From Epiperipatus broadwayi (Eukaryota > Animalia > Onychophora): 64,000 nucleotides of DNA. The number at the start of each line of letters is the position of its first letter. Positions within the stretch are counted from its first letter, which is position 1. The stretch spans positions 9,982,001-10,046,000 of the forward strand of contig JAQFVV010000001.1 of assembly GCA_028023455.1 (NCBI GenBank), written 5' to 3'. The position numbers and the translations under genes are program-made. The notes under the pieces are model-generated. The model was not told the DNA's origin, ran no database searches, and saw only the letters and a list, made by a program, of their open reading frames with translations. Below, in pieces: positions 14,531 to 27,719 of this stretch.

Positions 14531-14672
14531 TTGTTTTTCTGAAGGTTTGTGATGATGGTATTTTAGTTGTATTTATATATTGGACTATTACTATCATCTA
14601 ATATACAGTACTGAATGTCTTTAAAAACATATTTTTTTAAAATTTTCAAAACTGAAACACACAGGCTTATTA
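14531..14672 (+). repeat. Dispersed repeat family E (also 21745-21905 and 37661-37822)
   Basis: Shared TTTTCTGAAGGTTTGTGATG...TTGGACTA...CATCATCTA...TGAATGTCTTTAAAAA...ACAGGTTAG. Confidence 0.7.
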
Positions 14673-14800
14673 TATACCTGTGTCTATATATGTAATATAT
14701 ATGGTATATGAGCATAGACTCTCACATGACCCACCACTCTCCACACTATCTCATAATACTGATACACTTGAACATATATATGTTGAAAAGATAAATAATC

Positions 14801-14844
14801 ACCAATATACATATTTCATGCTAAACCAGCAATCATCAGTTGGT
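14801..14844 (-). ncRNA. Minimal type I hammerhead (family D, left arm)
   Basis: ACCAA CTGATGA T TGCT ggttt AGCA T GAAA TATGTA TA TTGGT. Confidence 0.75.
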
Positions 14845-15042
14845 CCAGATTACCATCTCTACACATATATGCTATAAGTGCTCAGATATATTTGAGCATT
14901 CCATCACCAGATTTTCACTTGGATGAACAGTTGAAGAGTTGGAATGTGGAGTAGATTGAAGCCTCACATTAAAATATGAGGTTTGGGATGTTAATATATA
15001 TCTGAGCACTTATAGCACATATGTATAGAGATGGTAATCTGG

Positions 15043-15086
15043 ACCAACTGATGATTGCTGGTTTAGCATGAAATACATATATTGGT
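15043..15086 (+). ncRNA. Minimal type I hammerhead (family D, right arm)
   Basis: ACCAA CTGATGA T TGCT ggttt AGCA T GAAA TACATA TA TTGGT; helix I ACCAA/TTGGT is perfect. Confidence 0.75.
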
Positions 15087-17195
15087 GATTATTTATCTTT
15101 TTAACATATATGTGTTCAAGTGTATCAGTGTTATGAGATAGTGTAGAGAGTGGTGGGTCATGTAAAAGTCTATGTTCATATACCCTATATATTAAATTTT
15201 CAAAGTACATTCAACTGTTAGTAATAGCACACAGATTATTACTAGCAGCTGAATGTACTTTGAAAATTTAATATTATTTTTTTCTAAGGATATTCAATAC
15301 TTGATATTAGATGATTGAAATAGTTCAAAATATAAATACCACAGATAGGAATACTTCTGGAGTTAAATGGACATACTCAACTACAGCAAGATAGTAGTGC
15401 ATGCATAAATATAAGTCTAAAACAAAATAAAAAATCACTAGTAAATCTTGGTGTTTATATAATTTTAATGATATATATTAATTAAAATATTTTAAATTCA
15501 ATAATAGACATTCTTTAATAAAACTAAGATTTTAATTGTAATCTGCATATAGATTTTTTTAAAAACTATTTAAATCAAATTGTTGTCTTACATTGTTTGA
15601 TAGCAAGAAGCATCGAATAAATAGACTCAAAAGTTATTCATAATCATTTTCATGTTCAATTCTGAGACATAAGTTGTCTTTTTTTAAATAGATATTTAAG
15701 TATATCTTAGATTTTGATAAATAATAATTGATATTTTTTGACCTTTTAATATTAAACGATAAAGAATATTTAATGGCAACTGACTAGCTATATAAGTCTA
15801 TATTGTAATAATTAAATTTTTTTTTAAAAAATAAATCTTATTGAAGCAATTAAATAAATTAGTTTTAATTTTTAAAAAATATTCAATGTTAAAAAATAGT
15901 TTTTTTAATAATATTATTTTTGTTCTCAAGTATAAAATAGCAATAATAAATTATAAATATAATGAAAATGGAAATTTTAGCAATCACAAATATATTATTT
16001 TATTCGTTTTCTTATTTTTCAATTTAGATGTTCTAACTAACATTTAATCTTATATTCAATATTTGTATAACATTTTTTGTTATATTTTCTTTTATAAGTA
16101 GCTTCTTTTAGTAAATTATTTATTGCAATATTAACCAATTAGTGCGTAAAAAAATCAAAAATACTTTATAAATAAGCAAAAAATCATATTTATTTTACAA
16201 TAAAAACTTTGAATTAAAACTAGACTAAAAAAGTGAATGTATTTTAAAATTTCTTATTGTTGTAAATAATAGACTGTATATAATATAAATAACCTCTTCA
16301 TATTTTTTTAAATTAAAAGCTCTATAAAAGCAGTCTTTTAGAAACTTCATTTATAAGCAAACTTTACATTAGTATCATTATACAAGCAAAGCAGAAATGT
16401 AAAATTGCAGATCTGGCATATTTTTTGGAAATAAATGAGCCACATTTTCTATTGAATCTGAAAGTTATCAAATTAAGTCATCATAAAAACATGAAATTCT
16501 GTTCTAAAATTGCATTTATAATTATAAAAAAAATGGCAAAATCTTTTTATTATTGTGTTTGTGAAGACAAAACCAAATTATAATTTTTTTAACTATTAAT
16601 AAGTATGTTTTTTGCTTGTCTTCTTAAAACAAACATTTTGGAATGAAATCTAAATGTAATCATGACTATTTTTATTTTAAAATAAATATGTACAAATACA
16701 ATGGGAAAAAATAATTATAAATATTTAAATAAACTATGGAAAATATGCATTATTTTCAATGTGAAACAATGAATGTTTGTTCTTAAAAGTTCTTGTATCT
16801 GAGAACTATCTATCAGGGGCATTATCCATTCATTTGCATTAATTTCTTTGCACAGAATGCTATTTTCAGGTTTTTTTGAACTAATAAAATCAATATATTT
16901 TGTAAATTTCATTTTCCCTTCAAATTAATGGAAAATGACTGCAGAAACATCAACCAATGATCAAGCAAAGCTGGCATGGTTATGATAAAAATTAAATATC
17001 AATATTTAACAGATTTTCCTTTTAATATAAAAATAGAATATTCATTTTTTTTCTATCCCTGAATGTATGATTTACTGATACTATATTTACCATTATATAT
17101 TCACTGTATCATTTATATCTTTTTTTTTCTCATATGTGTTACTTAATATCCTGGAATTATTCTATAGCTTGTGGCTTTTTCTTATGTTAATTGCT

Positions 17196-17805
<610 letters not shown>

Positions 17806-18064
17806 TTGGAAAGAGCTATTGGAGAACAAAATATTTTTTAAAACTTCTTAACCAATAGAATTTGAGAAGTGAGAAGAAAATAACAAAGGAAAAAAATAAT
17901 GATTTTAAATCTCATATTCTTATGATTTGAGAAAAAAACTAAGGAAAGTAAAAAAACAACCGAAATTCTCCATACAGTAGTGCCACTCAGTGCAATCCAG
18001 AGTAATCAGTGGATGCCAGAAGGCTTGTGCATAAAATCCCTATCTAGTACCTACTCATTCAATA

Positions 18065-18105
18065 TCGCCAGACTAGTTTATAGCTTGCAGCTTTCATCAG
18101 CAAAA
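18065..18105 (-). ncRNA. Decayed hammerhead (family B, left arm)
   Basis: CTGATGA AAGC tgcaa GCTA TAAA CTAG TC TGG; G12>T. Confidence 0.55.
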
Positions 18106-18554
18106 AGCCTTGAATCTGAGAGCATTGCATATAGATCTTAGGATCTAATGCAACCCTACAGCAGTTAAATTTTATCCCTACTTAACTACAAAACTATGAG
18201 TCTAAAATTCAAAACATAATATTTTCAATCCAGGTCCATTAGCTTATATAGTCATATAGATCTGACCTCAGTTTAGTGCCCATACATTTGATGTCTTTGG
18301 TTTTTTTTTAAATGATCATGTGATGTTTGGTTATTTAATATCACTTGCTTCATAGAATAATGGTGGCTATCGTTATTAAAGAACCAAAGACACCAAAATG
18401 TATGAATACTGAACTGAGTTCAAACCTATATTACTATATAAGCTAATGAGTTGGACTGAAAATATTATGTTTTCAATTTTTGACTCATAGTTTTGTAATT
18501 AAGTACAAAAGGTGGCTACTGGAGGATTGGGTGCAGTGCTCTCAGATCCAAGGC

Positions 18555-18596
18555 TCCTCACTGATGAAAATGACAAGCTAGAAACTAGTCTGGGGA
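18555..18596 (+). ncRNA. Hammerhead motif (family B, right arm)
   Basis: TCCTCA CTGATGA aaatgacaagcta GAAA CTAG TC TGGGGA; palindromic helix III ACTAGT; helix II eroded. Confidence 0.65.
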
Positions 18597-18817
18597 TATA
18601 GGGATATTATGCACAAGGCTTCTGGTATCCATTGATTACTTTGGCTTGCACTGAGTGGCACTGCTATATGGAGAGTTTTGCCTGTTTTAACAGCTTGAGT
18701 GAGAATAAGAAATGGTGATCATGTGATGTCTGAGAAAAATATTTGTTTTGTAGAGAATCATCAGTTATTCAGCTATTACATTTTTATTACATGGAAGCTC
18801 CCAGAAATAATACTCTG

Positions 18818-18935
<118 letters not shown>

Positions 18936-20411
18936 TTGCATATTAAAAAAATAGTTACTTCTTTAATGGATATAATCTATCTTGGATGATATAAACATCA
19001 TCAAATCATTCACTTCAAAATGAAAACATGCAGGCAACAAAAAATGACTAAATATATAAACATATATTTAAAGTTAACAAATATTATATTTATAAATCAC
19101 TTTTAAATTCAATGGTTTGTGAAAGTTTGCAATAATCTTTTAATTAATCTGAAAGATCAAATAAAAAAATAAAGTTTGCATATATAGTTTTTTTATGAGG
19201 ACTTTCTTTTGTCTTAAAAATTGAAAATAATATTATAGAAAGATTTATAAACAGTGCATTTAACTACCAATAAAAATTAAATAAAATTTTATTGAATAAA
19301 TAGAATATGATACATGATTCATTATTGATAATCAATTAATAATTTGACATTTTCTTATGTTGAACCTGGTAAAGTTTTAGAAAATTCTTAACCTTCACTA
19401 CTGTATAATTTTTATTTTATACTAAAACACAATAAGTTTGGTTTGGTTTGTTTTTAATCTAATTTTATAAATGAATAATATTTTCAAAAATCACACTTGA
19501 CATTTTTAAATACTTAAAAACTGACTTGTAAATCAAACAATGCACTGTAGATGTCTTGAACCAAGTTAGTGTAAACAGTCAGAAAATTGATTTGTTTTCA
19601 TTTTAAGTTTTTTTTTTTTGTGAATGAATGAAGATAGATTTATGATAGATATATTGAGTTCTGCTTTAAAATCTGATATTTTCATTACAATATTGAAAAG
19701 ACTTTAGCACTATGTCAATTCTGACAGATAATTATGTCACACCCACTGTAGTTTCTTTGTTTATATTATGATCAAGTTCATTTACTTCTATTTCTAAAAT
19801 TAAAAGATAGATGAATAAATTGAAAATGTGCATATATATTATTTTTTGTTTTAAATAATAGTGAAACAGTTATTGTATAAAAATAATCAAAAGTATTTTA
19901 TAAACAAGCAAAAAATTATATTTAATTTATAACAAAATCTTTGTGTGAAAATGAGACCAAATAAAAGTACACATCCAGTAGGCATTTTCTTCTGTATCAT
20001 ATAATATCAATATTCCTTAGATCTAAACCATCTTTTAAATATAAGCCCATTATTCATAACAATGTGACCTGTTTGGATTATTTTTCAAATAAAATTTCAA
20101 TTAAAAAATTATGAAAATTTTTATATTATAAAAAATAGAGGTCATTATCAATTATGATAATGTTAATACAGCACTTTAAAATTATGAAACAACCATACTT
20201 TTTTAAATAAATTAAGAACATGTCATAGCAAGAGGGAACACATGAAGATTAATACAGTTGTTGATATATATAAGAAATATATTCATATAGTGGAAATATA
20301 ATTATACAAACAGTAACAAAAATTATGATATTAGACATTAATTATTTAAAAGCTATATATGAATTTGTACAATCATATAATTCTAAGAAAATTATATATA
20401 TATATATATAT

Positions 20412-20900
20412 TAGTACATCAGTTTTTACTTCCCATTTTTTTAGAAATTGGTCGCAAACCTGATTTTGGCAATACAAAAATACTTGCAAATTTGGAACAA
20501 TATAATTTAAGAACCATGAGAGAGTCAATTAAAATATTAAAGAGACCTACTGGTTTAAATAGGGATGATGAAGCACAACATATTCCAGCTATGTGGGAAC
20601 CTCTCATTTTATCTAATATTAATTTGAAATTAATAGATGAAAAAACTGAGGGAAATAAACATTTTGATAAGCGTCATATTGTGAATGCTGAACTACTTCA
20701 AGTTGAACCTCACTTCTCATCGCACACTGAGTCACATTATTCTTTGAGATCTAACAAGATTGTTTTTTCAAAAGTTAACCTTGATAATGGCAGTTGCTAG
20801 TCCATTGAAATATCAATGTTTAATAGAAAATAATACACAGTACAGCCCAAAAAGTTATAATTTATCTACATCATACAACCGTGAAAACATTAAATATAAT
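20412..20900 (+). mobile_element. Penelope-like element 3' fragment (end of GIY-YIG domain plus pLTR)
   Basis: SVFTSHFLEIGRKPDFGNTKILANLEQYNLRTMRESIKILKRPTGLNRDD...IPAMWEPLI is a typical PLE C-terminus; tail CAGCCCAAAAAGT...ACCGTGAAAAC resembles PLE 3' ends; (TA)n at both sides. Confidence 0.8.
20776..20820 (+). ncRNA. Hammerhead-like motif in PLE pLTR (U3-A8 core)
   Basis: AACC TTGATAA TGG..CCA TT GAAA TA TC AATGTT; helices imperfect. Confidence 0.5.
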
Positions 20901-20905
20901 ATATA

Positions 20906-21487
20906 TATGAAAAACAAAACCAAGTTATAAATCACGTAACTTGCTATCGCTTGCATTTATAATCAATAGATGGAGCTTTACCAAAACTTCCATACAAGCA
21001 TATTTTTGTTTACATAAACATTTATGTAAACAAAAATATGTTTGTTCAGAGGTTTTGGTAAAGCTCCATCTATTGATCATAAATGCAAGAGATAGCAAGT
21101 TACATGATTTATAACTTGTTTTGGTTTTTTATAAATGTACCTTTAAAGGTTTTTTCAATGATATATATTGCAGAGGCTTTGACTATGTGGTGAAACTGAA
21201 CTGATATCAGACCCATGTAGCTATCTGGCTTGTTAGGCTGGGTTTGAAGACATTATGTGTCTGAAAAATTCATGTTGCAAACTGATAGGAACTTGTTTTA
21301 TAAATGCTTGAAGTCAGTGTTTATATCTAGTTTCTAGCCCTATTCTTCACTGATGATAGCAAATTAGCTTGAAATCAGCTGATCTGAAGGTGGAGCCAAT
21401 GAAAGAGATAGTGAATTCTGACTCTTTTGACATTTATGTAAACAAAAATATGCTTGTTCGGAGGTTTTGGTAAAGCTCCATCTATTG

Positions 21488-21493
<6 letters not shown>
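20906..21493. mobile_element. Family A: inverted partial copy followed by one full 412-nt sense unit
   Basis: TGATCATA recurs at 21074 and 21486; hairpin centre TTTACATAAA ca TTTATGTAAA near 21017; TA runs at both ends. Confidence 0.88.
21345..21389 (+). ncRNA. Type I hammerhead (family A), predicted cleavage after C21384
   Basis: CTTCA CTGATGA TAGC aaatta GCTT GAAA TCAGCTGA TC TGAAG. Confidence 0.8.

Positions 21494-21568
<75 letters not shown>
21491..21568. repeat. (TA)n microsatellite
   Basis: Direct reading. Confidence 0.97.
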
Positions 21569-21572
<4 letters not shown>

Positions 21573-21924
21573 GAATACACACAATATATTTATATATTAA
21601 ATTCTTGTTTGGTAAATTCATATAATGAAAGTTGATAATTTATATGTGACATTTATAACATCTCCCCTTTATAATAGTTTTTTTTTTACTTGAAGATGCA
21701 TACAATATTAAAACAATATTATAAAATAAATATATCAATATTTTTTTGAAGGTTTATGATGAGATGTGATATGTTGGACTACTTACATCATCTATGTGTG
21801 AATGTTGAATGTATAGAAAATTTTAAACTTTATTTAAACTTTCCAAATATTAAAAACTTGTTAGTAATAACACACATTTAGACAACACAGGTTAGTTATT
21901 ACACAATGTTTTGAGTAGTATTAT

Positions 21925-23500
21925 TCTTCACTCTTCTGCAGGTGTTGCTGGTCTGATGTGCAGCACAGTGACAGTATTTATATAAAAGTTGTACTTTCAC
22001 CTTTAAATTCTTGAATATCAAATTTAAGGCAAATGCTCTAACTAACAGCTATTCTGTCAAAGGCAGAAAATATTAAGAGACCCTATTCATCAAAACATTA
22101 TGATTACAATTATTGCAGAAGAAAAAAATATTAAAATAGAAAACTTGAAAAGGAGCTTTTTTATAATATACATAAATGAGTCAGAAAATTTTAAAGAAAG
22201 GAAATGCGAAACCATTTTCTTAAGAAGAGTTTATAAAAGATAGCATCCTATCTGCTATGAAATTAATCTGCCCTAAATAATAAAAAAAAGATTTGTAAAC
22301 ATAAATTTGTCATAAATAACAATTACAAAGTGAATTAAAAAGATGTCAGTGAATGTAGAACAGTCATTTGTGCAGAAAACATATGGTTTAATTGGTATTT
22401 GCTAGCATTTATTAAAAGTAAAGATCTTATATCATTGCTCAACTATCAATTTTATAAAAAGAATTGAACACAACTTTAATATGACTAAAGAAATGTTATC
22501 TCTTACATATCTTGAGACAAATGATAACAGGCCATGATATCTTTACTAAATTTAAAAAATAATGTTAATGCTCAAACATGGGAAAATATTGACGGATGGA
22601 CCCAAGTCAGTGATAGCAAAAACCATTTCAACACTAGTATTGTTGGGAGTGAATTTATGGGGGAAAAAATTTTCTTTGTTTAATTTAACAACAAAATTTA
22701 TTTTTTAAAATTATTAATATAAAGAATGTGATGGCTGCTGTGGATAAATGTATAAATAAAATTAAATCCAAATCAATATTTCATAACCAATAATTCTTAA
22801 CATTTCTAAATTTTGAAGTTGAGTATGGAGATTTAGTTTCTTATTGTGAAGTTTGATGGCTTTCAAATGGAGCTGTCTGCTCTTCTTAAAAATTAAAGAA
22901 AAACCCATCCCAGAAATTGTCTAATAAAAAATGGTTATTTTGATTTGCCATTTCTCATTGATATAACTACTCATTTGAATGATCTAAATATAAAATTATG
23001 AAAAGAAAATCAATTAGTAACTGAATTATAGGATTTATTCATGCCTTTTAAAAATAATTGAAACTTTTTCAAACCCATTTAAATAACAATATTTTCATTA
23101 ATTTTCCAATGTTTGCCATTTCTTTTAATAATACTTATGCAAAACAAAAGTACATCGATATTTTAATAAAATTGCACAATGAATTCCAAGAAAGATTTTA
23201 AAAGCAAAAAAAATAATAATAATATGACATATGATCAAATTTTTTTATGATATGCTATATAAATAAAATTCCTGATTAATAACCACATTGGTATTATAGA
23301 ACTTCAGGAGAAACCCAATTTAAAAGTGAAATTTATGGAATTATCTAATATTGAATTTTTTAAAACTTTGGATTTTTAAGAAATTTTCAACTTGATTGGC
23401 AACGTAAATAAAATAATACCAGTTTCTTCAGAAGTGCATATAAGTGGAAACAATTTTTTCTTTTCAAAAATAACATTCATAAACCAAATTAAAGCTCTCC
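21925..23500 (+). pseudogene. Decayed PIF1-like helicase, probably Helitron-derived
   Basis: Motif remnants in the right order: SAGVAG (motif Ia-like, ~21935), INES, GNAKPF (~22200), GL/SNGAV (~22858), QFF...IHK (~23452); many frameshifts. Confidence 0.45.
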
Positions 23501-24375
23501 TATAATCATTAAAATTAAGTGCACACCATAGTATCATTAGTACTAAAATTTAACAGGATATAAATTCATTGTCAAAAAATAAGTAATGACAAATATCATA
23601 TTAAGTTTATCAGATTAATATATTTTTGTTTTTATTAGGATAATGATTTGTATTTTATGAATTCATGTTAATGTTATTATGATTGGTACTTTATGTTTAA
23701 TTCACAAAAAAATTTATGGCTCTTTAATTAGGATAAGTTAAAATTGGCCTATCATTTTATAAAGATTATCCATCCCTGAGTTTCACATATAATATTACTT
23801 TTAATGACAAATTTTCATATAGTCAAGACACAAATTCCACTTACAAGAATGTTTTTTTTTTTTGTTTTAATTTTTTCTTTAATGAACAAAATTGTTTTTA
23901 TTAGATGAGTGATAAGATCAAAAAGGTTAAGTAAAATAAAAAAAATTGGTATATGATTATTATTAATATTTTTTAAATATAAAATAATATTTATATACAA
24001 TGCAAACAATAAAATTTATAATATAAACTTATCTTTTCACAAAAAAAATTTTCATGCCTTATAACTTGAATTTGAATCTGGGTTATGTAATTTTGAAATT
24101 TTTTGTATGTTCTAATCAAACTAAAATTATTTCTTTTAGTAAATATCCCATATTCAATCTAGATAAACATCCAGTATTGATTGTTAAATATATGATTAAC
24201 TATTTTTAATTAGAAAAAAAAACTGGAAAGCCACTCAATCTCATTATAAGAAATTAGCCAATCTAGTTAGTAATGACTTTTTCTTCATTGTTCTTTTTTG
24301 AGGTTTGACTCTATAATGAAATATTTAAATACAATTTTATCTTTTATATTAAGATGTAATTATAACATATATATA

Positions 24376-25173
24376 TAATTATAATTGAAATAATATTTTT
24401 AACGGTTTATAAATAATTACAAACAATCTTAAAATCTGCAGAAGTACTTTCGGTTACTTTCTAACCTGCCTCAACTGCCATTAAATTCAAAAACCAAAAG
24501 TGGAAGCAAACGTCATCAATTCAAATTCCACGAATCTCGTATTTTAATGTTAGAAGTTTGTCGATTTATTAAATGCGTTTTATTCCTGTTTATAAAAATT
24601 GCCTCTTTAATTTTTCTTTTACTATGGTTTCTCTCTTCATGAAGAATTTTCACATTTTCAAAATTAAATTTAAATTTATATTTACGTGTTTTTTCGTGAT
24701 ATAAGCGTGTAAAAAATAAAAATAATGGTGATTTAATATCTTCTTCAGTTTTCTTTGATCACGAAAAAACATGTAAATATAAATTTAAATTATAAGCGTG
24801 TAAAAAATAAAAATAATGGTGATTTAATATCTTCTTCAGTTTTATTTGATCACGAAAAAACATGTAAATATAAATTTTAATTTAATTTTGAAAATGTGAA
24901 AATTCTTCATGAAGAGAGAAACCATAGTAAAAGAAAAATTAAAGAGGCAATTTTTATAAACAGGAATAAAACGCATTTAATAAATCGACAAGCTTCTAAC
25001 ATTAAAATACGAGATTCGTAGAATTTGAATTGATGACGTTTGCTTCCACTTTTGGTTTTTGAATTTAATGGCAGTTGAGGCAGGTTAGAAAGTAACCGAA
25101 AGTACTTCTGCGGATTTTAAGATTGTTTGTAATTATTTATAAACCGTTAAAAATATTATTTCAATTATAATTA
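24376..25173. mobile_element. Young fold-back element, family G (325-bp arms, about 5 mismatches), hammerhead-like motif in each arm
   Basis: 24376-24700 is the reverse complement of 24849-25173; centre has a 91-bp tandem duplication; CpGs retained; left end at a TA run. Confidence 0.92.
25071..25111 (+). ncRNA. Hammerhead-like motif with non-canonical core (family G; mirror copy 24438-24478 on minus)
   Basis: GCAG TTGAGGC A GGTTA gaaag TAACC GAAA GTAC TT CTGC; helices I, II and III pair, but core positions 3 and 9 deviate. Confidence 0.55.
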
Positions 25174-26399
25174 CAATATTGTTTTTAATTAACGGATATT
25201 TTATTTATTTTACATATATATATATAAGGTTAAATTTTTATCAATGCAGCTCTGAATAACTTCTGTAAAGATGCCTAAGTTTTTTTCACATCAACTATTA
25301 TTATTTTATATAAATATTTTATTTTATTTTTATTTTTTTGAACAGTAAGGTTGAAGTGATCTTATTAACTTTATTATAATGTTTTTATAATTAATATTTA
25401 TTTTGTTTTCAATAATTAATGAAAATATAAAGAAATGAAACCTACTATATTTATTTGTCATATCATAAAGATAAAATTAAAGTTTCTAGTTTTAAATATT
25501 TATGAATTTTAAAATGTTTAATTTTCACCTGCTAGTTCATAAGTTAAAATATAAACTAGAAAAGTCATAAGCGGATTATATATATATATATATATATATA
25601 AACTGCATAGTTTCGGGTCTAATTTTTTTTTTAATATCTTTTAAATTTTAATGTTTTCTAGTAAACAATAAATTAACTAATAAAAATATTAAAATATATA
25701 TGCATATTTATGACTATATATACATTGTAGTGTGAAAGTCCTTTCAAAATTTACTCTCCATAGAGATTCGTTATATCAATGGTAATGTTAACAACAGGCA
25801 AATATACACACAAAAACGAATATGAAATATTTAGCTACTCTTATATCCATAAAATTAGAACTTTTTTTCACATGTATATTGTTTTATTAATACAATGGTC
25901 ACCAATTATTAAAATATAAATCATTAAAATTAAACAACTTAAAATTGGAATGTCTGAAATCAAATAATAAATAGCTAATAAACATTTATAAAATAAATTT
26001 TATATACATTGTAAACACTAATTTTTATCGTAAATACTTTAAATGATCAAATTTCAAAGTTAAAATTTGTCCATAATGTTGCCTTTTATATATAAATTAA
26101 AAATAAACAATTTAAAACAAAAATGAAATAGACAATTCACTATAAATATTATTTAATATATCAATCCAGCTTTTATTACTTAATGAAATCTTTTCAAGAT
26201 CATTCTTTTTTACACAATCACATGACTAATTGTTAGATTATTGGAAACTTTAGAGTTATAATTTTAAAAATAAAAGATATTATTATTATTGTTTTTTTCT
26301 TTTTTACATTATTTGTATATATATATATATATTATGAGAGAGAAAAGGACTGTAATAAGTGTAGTCATTTTTATGTACATATATGTAGTATTTTACTAA

Positions 26400-27650
26400 T
26401 TATCATGGCTTGACAAGAACATCATGGCCGTTTTCAACAACCAGTGGTTCTACATGAAAGATGGTTGGCCCATGAGGTTACCTATGAGTGGCATTATATC
26501 CAGCATAGTCTTGAATCACTATGAAAAACAAATTATTCCAAAATATTAAGACACCAATCAGTCCCCACAATGCCAGATATGTTGATGACTTGTTCGTAGC
26601 TGTACCCTCTGCAATTATTGAACAAATTAGAACTGAGCAACAAAATAGCACACTTCTCACTCTAAATATTGAACATGAAAACAGCTACAAACAAGTAAAA
26701 TATTTGGATATAGATTTACATTGAGAATACACACTTCAACTATAAAATGATCATCAAACCTCTAAAAGTAAAAGGTAACTCTCATCCTCTTTCTAACTTA
26801 CCAACCAATCACAAACTCTCTGGCTTGACTTCCTTCCTATATAGAAACATGCATCTATGCAAGTTTGAGACAGATAAAAGGCCAACTTGGTCTTGTATGG
26901 AGATGACTTATTAATGGTTGGATTTAAACAAAAAGAAAATTAACAATTTTACTCTAAGATAAACAACAATACAGCTAATCTCAATAAACAAAGACTATTA
27001 CTTCCATACTTCCCAAATGTGCATAAAGAACTTTGTACAATTTTCAATAAAAAGTACCACTTGTGCTTTAACCCCCATTCCCAACCCCAACAAAGATCAA
27101 CAGCACCAAAGACAAAGTACCACCCTCACAAACACCTCAAGTGGTGTACATTATTACCTGTCCTGTAGCAAATTGCCATGCCTTATACTTTGGTGGACCA
27201 AAGCTTCACTATCTATGTGACTGTCTCAACATATATATTCTTACAACAAAGCAATAACAGACCCAACTTGTATCTCAGTTTTCACTCAGTATTGCAGCTT
27301 ATCAGGGCATTATTGTGAAACATTGAACACTCTTGTTATTTGCAGAGAATGACTTGACTTAAAAAGAAAAGTGAATGAGGCTTGCTTTATTGCTAGGGAC
27401 AATCAGACCCTCAACAGAAAAGTCATGTGCTACAATATATCCAAGAAATGGAATACATAAAGTCATTTGCATAAATTTGCATTGCAGTTAACCACTTTTT
27501 TTAGTTACAATATGGCAATGACTATGAGGGCTGTGTTCCTTGAAAGTGCTCAACCACATTCATACATATTTACTTTGTATTATTTTGTATTATTGTAATA
27601 TATAAAGAATTAAAAATCTCAGCTTTGTGTGTGTATGCATCATAAGCACA
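26400..27650 (+). mobile_element. Decayed 5'-truncated Penelope-like element (RT, GIY-YIG, 3' pLTR)
   Basis: FNNQWFYMKDGWPMRLPMSG, RYVDDLF, LNIEHENSYKQVKYLDID, VVYIITCPVANCHALYFG and KRKVNEACFIARDNQTLNRK...KKWNT*; eroded hammerhead at ~27512-27557 (...GAAA GTGC TC). Confidence 0.88.
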
Positions 27651-27719
27651 AATAATATTTATGTATTTTTTATTGTAAGGTAATGTAAATAAAGCCCATT
27701 GGGGAGCAGCTGTAGAGTA

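Larger units (their letters stand above)
14693..15193. mobile_element. Fold-back element, family D (~200-bp arms, ~100-bp spacer), one hammerhead per arm
   Basis: 14693-14891 is the reverse complement of ~14995-15193; mirrored ORFs 14680-14877(+) and 15010-15210(-) confirm the symmetry. Confidence 0.9.
17963..18735. mobile_element. Family B fold-back element (~340-bp arms) with hammerhead per arm plus sense tail
   Basis: 17963-18308 is an imperfect reverse complement of 18377-18678; AAATG(GT)GATCATGTGATG occurs both in the spacer and in the tail, implying a ~410-nt circularly permuted unit. Confidence 0.85.

Noticed and set aside
14538-14625. Family E CTGAAGG...GAATGTC as a long-helix-II hammerhead
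   Set aside because: Core deviates at several invariant positions in all three copies.
14680-15210. Two near-identical ORFs on opposite strands suggesting a duplicated gene
   Set aside because: A by-product of the family D inverted repeat; no protein-like features.
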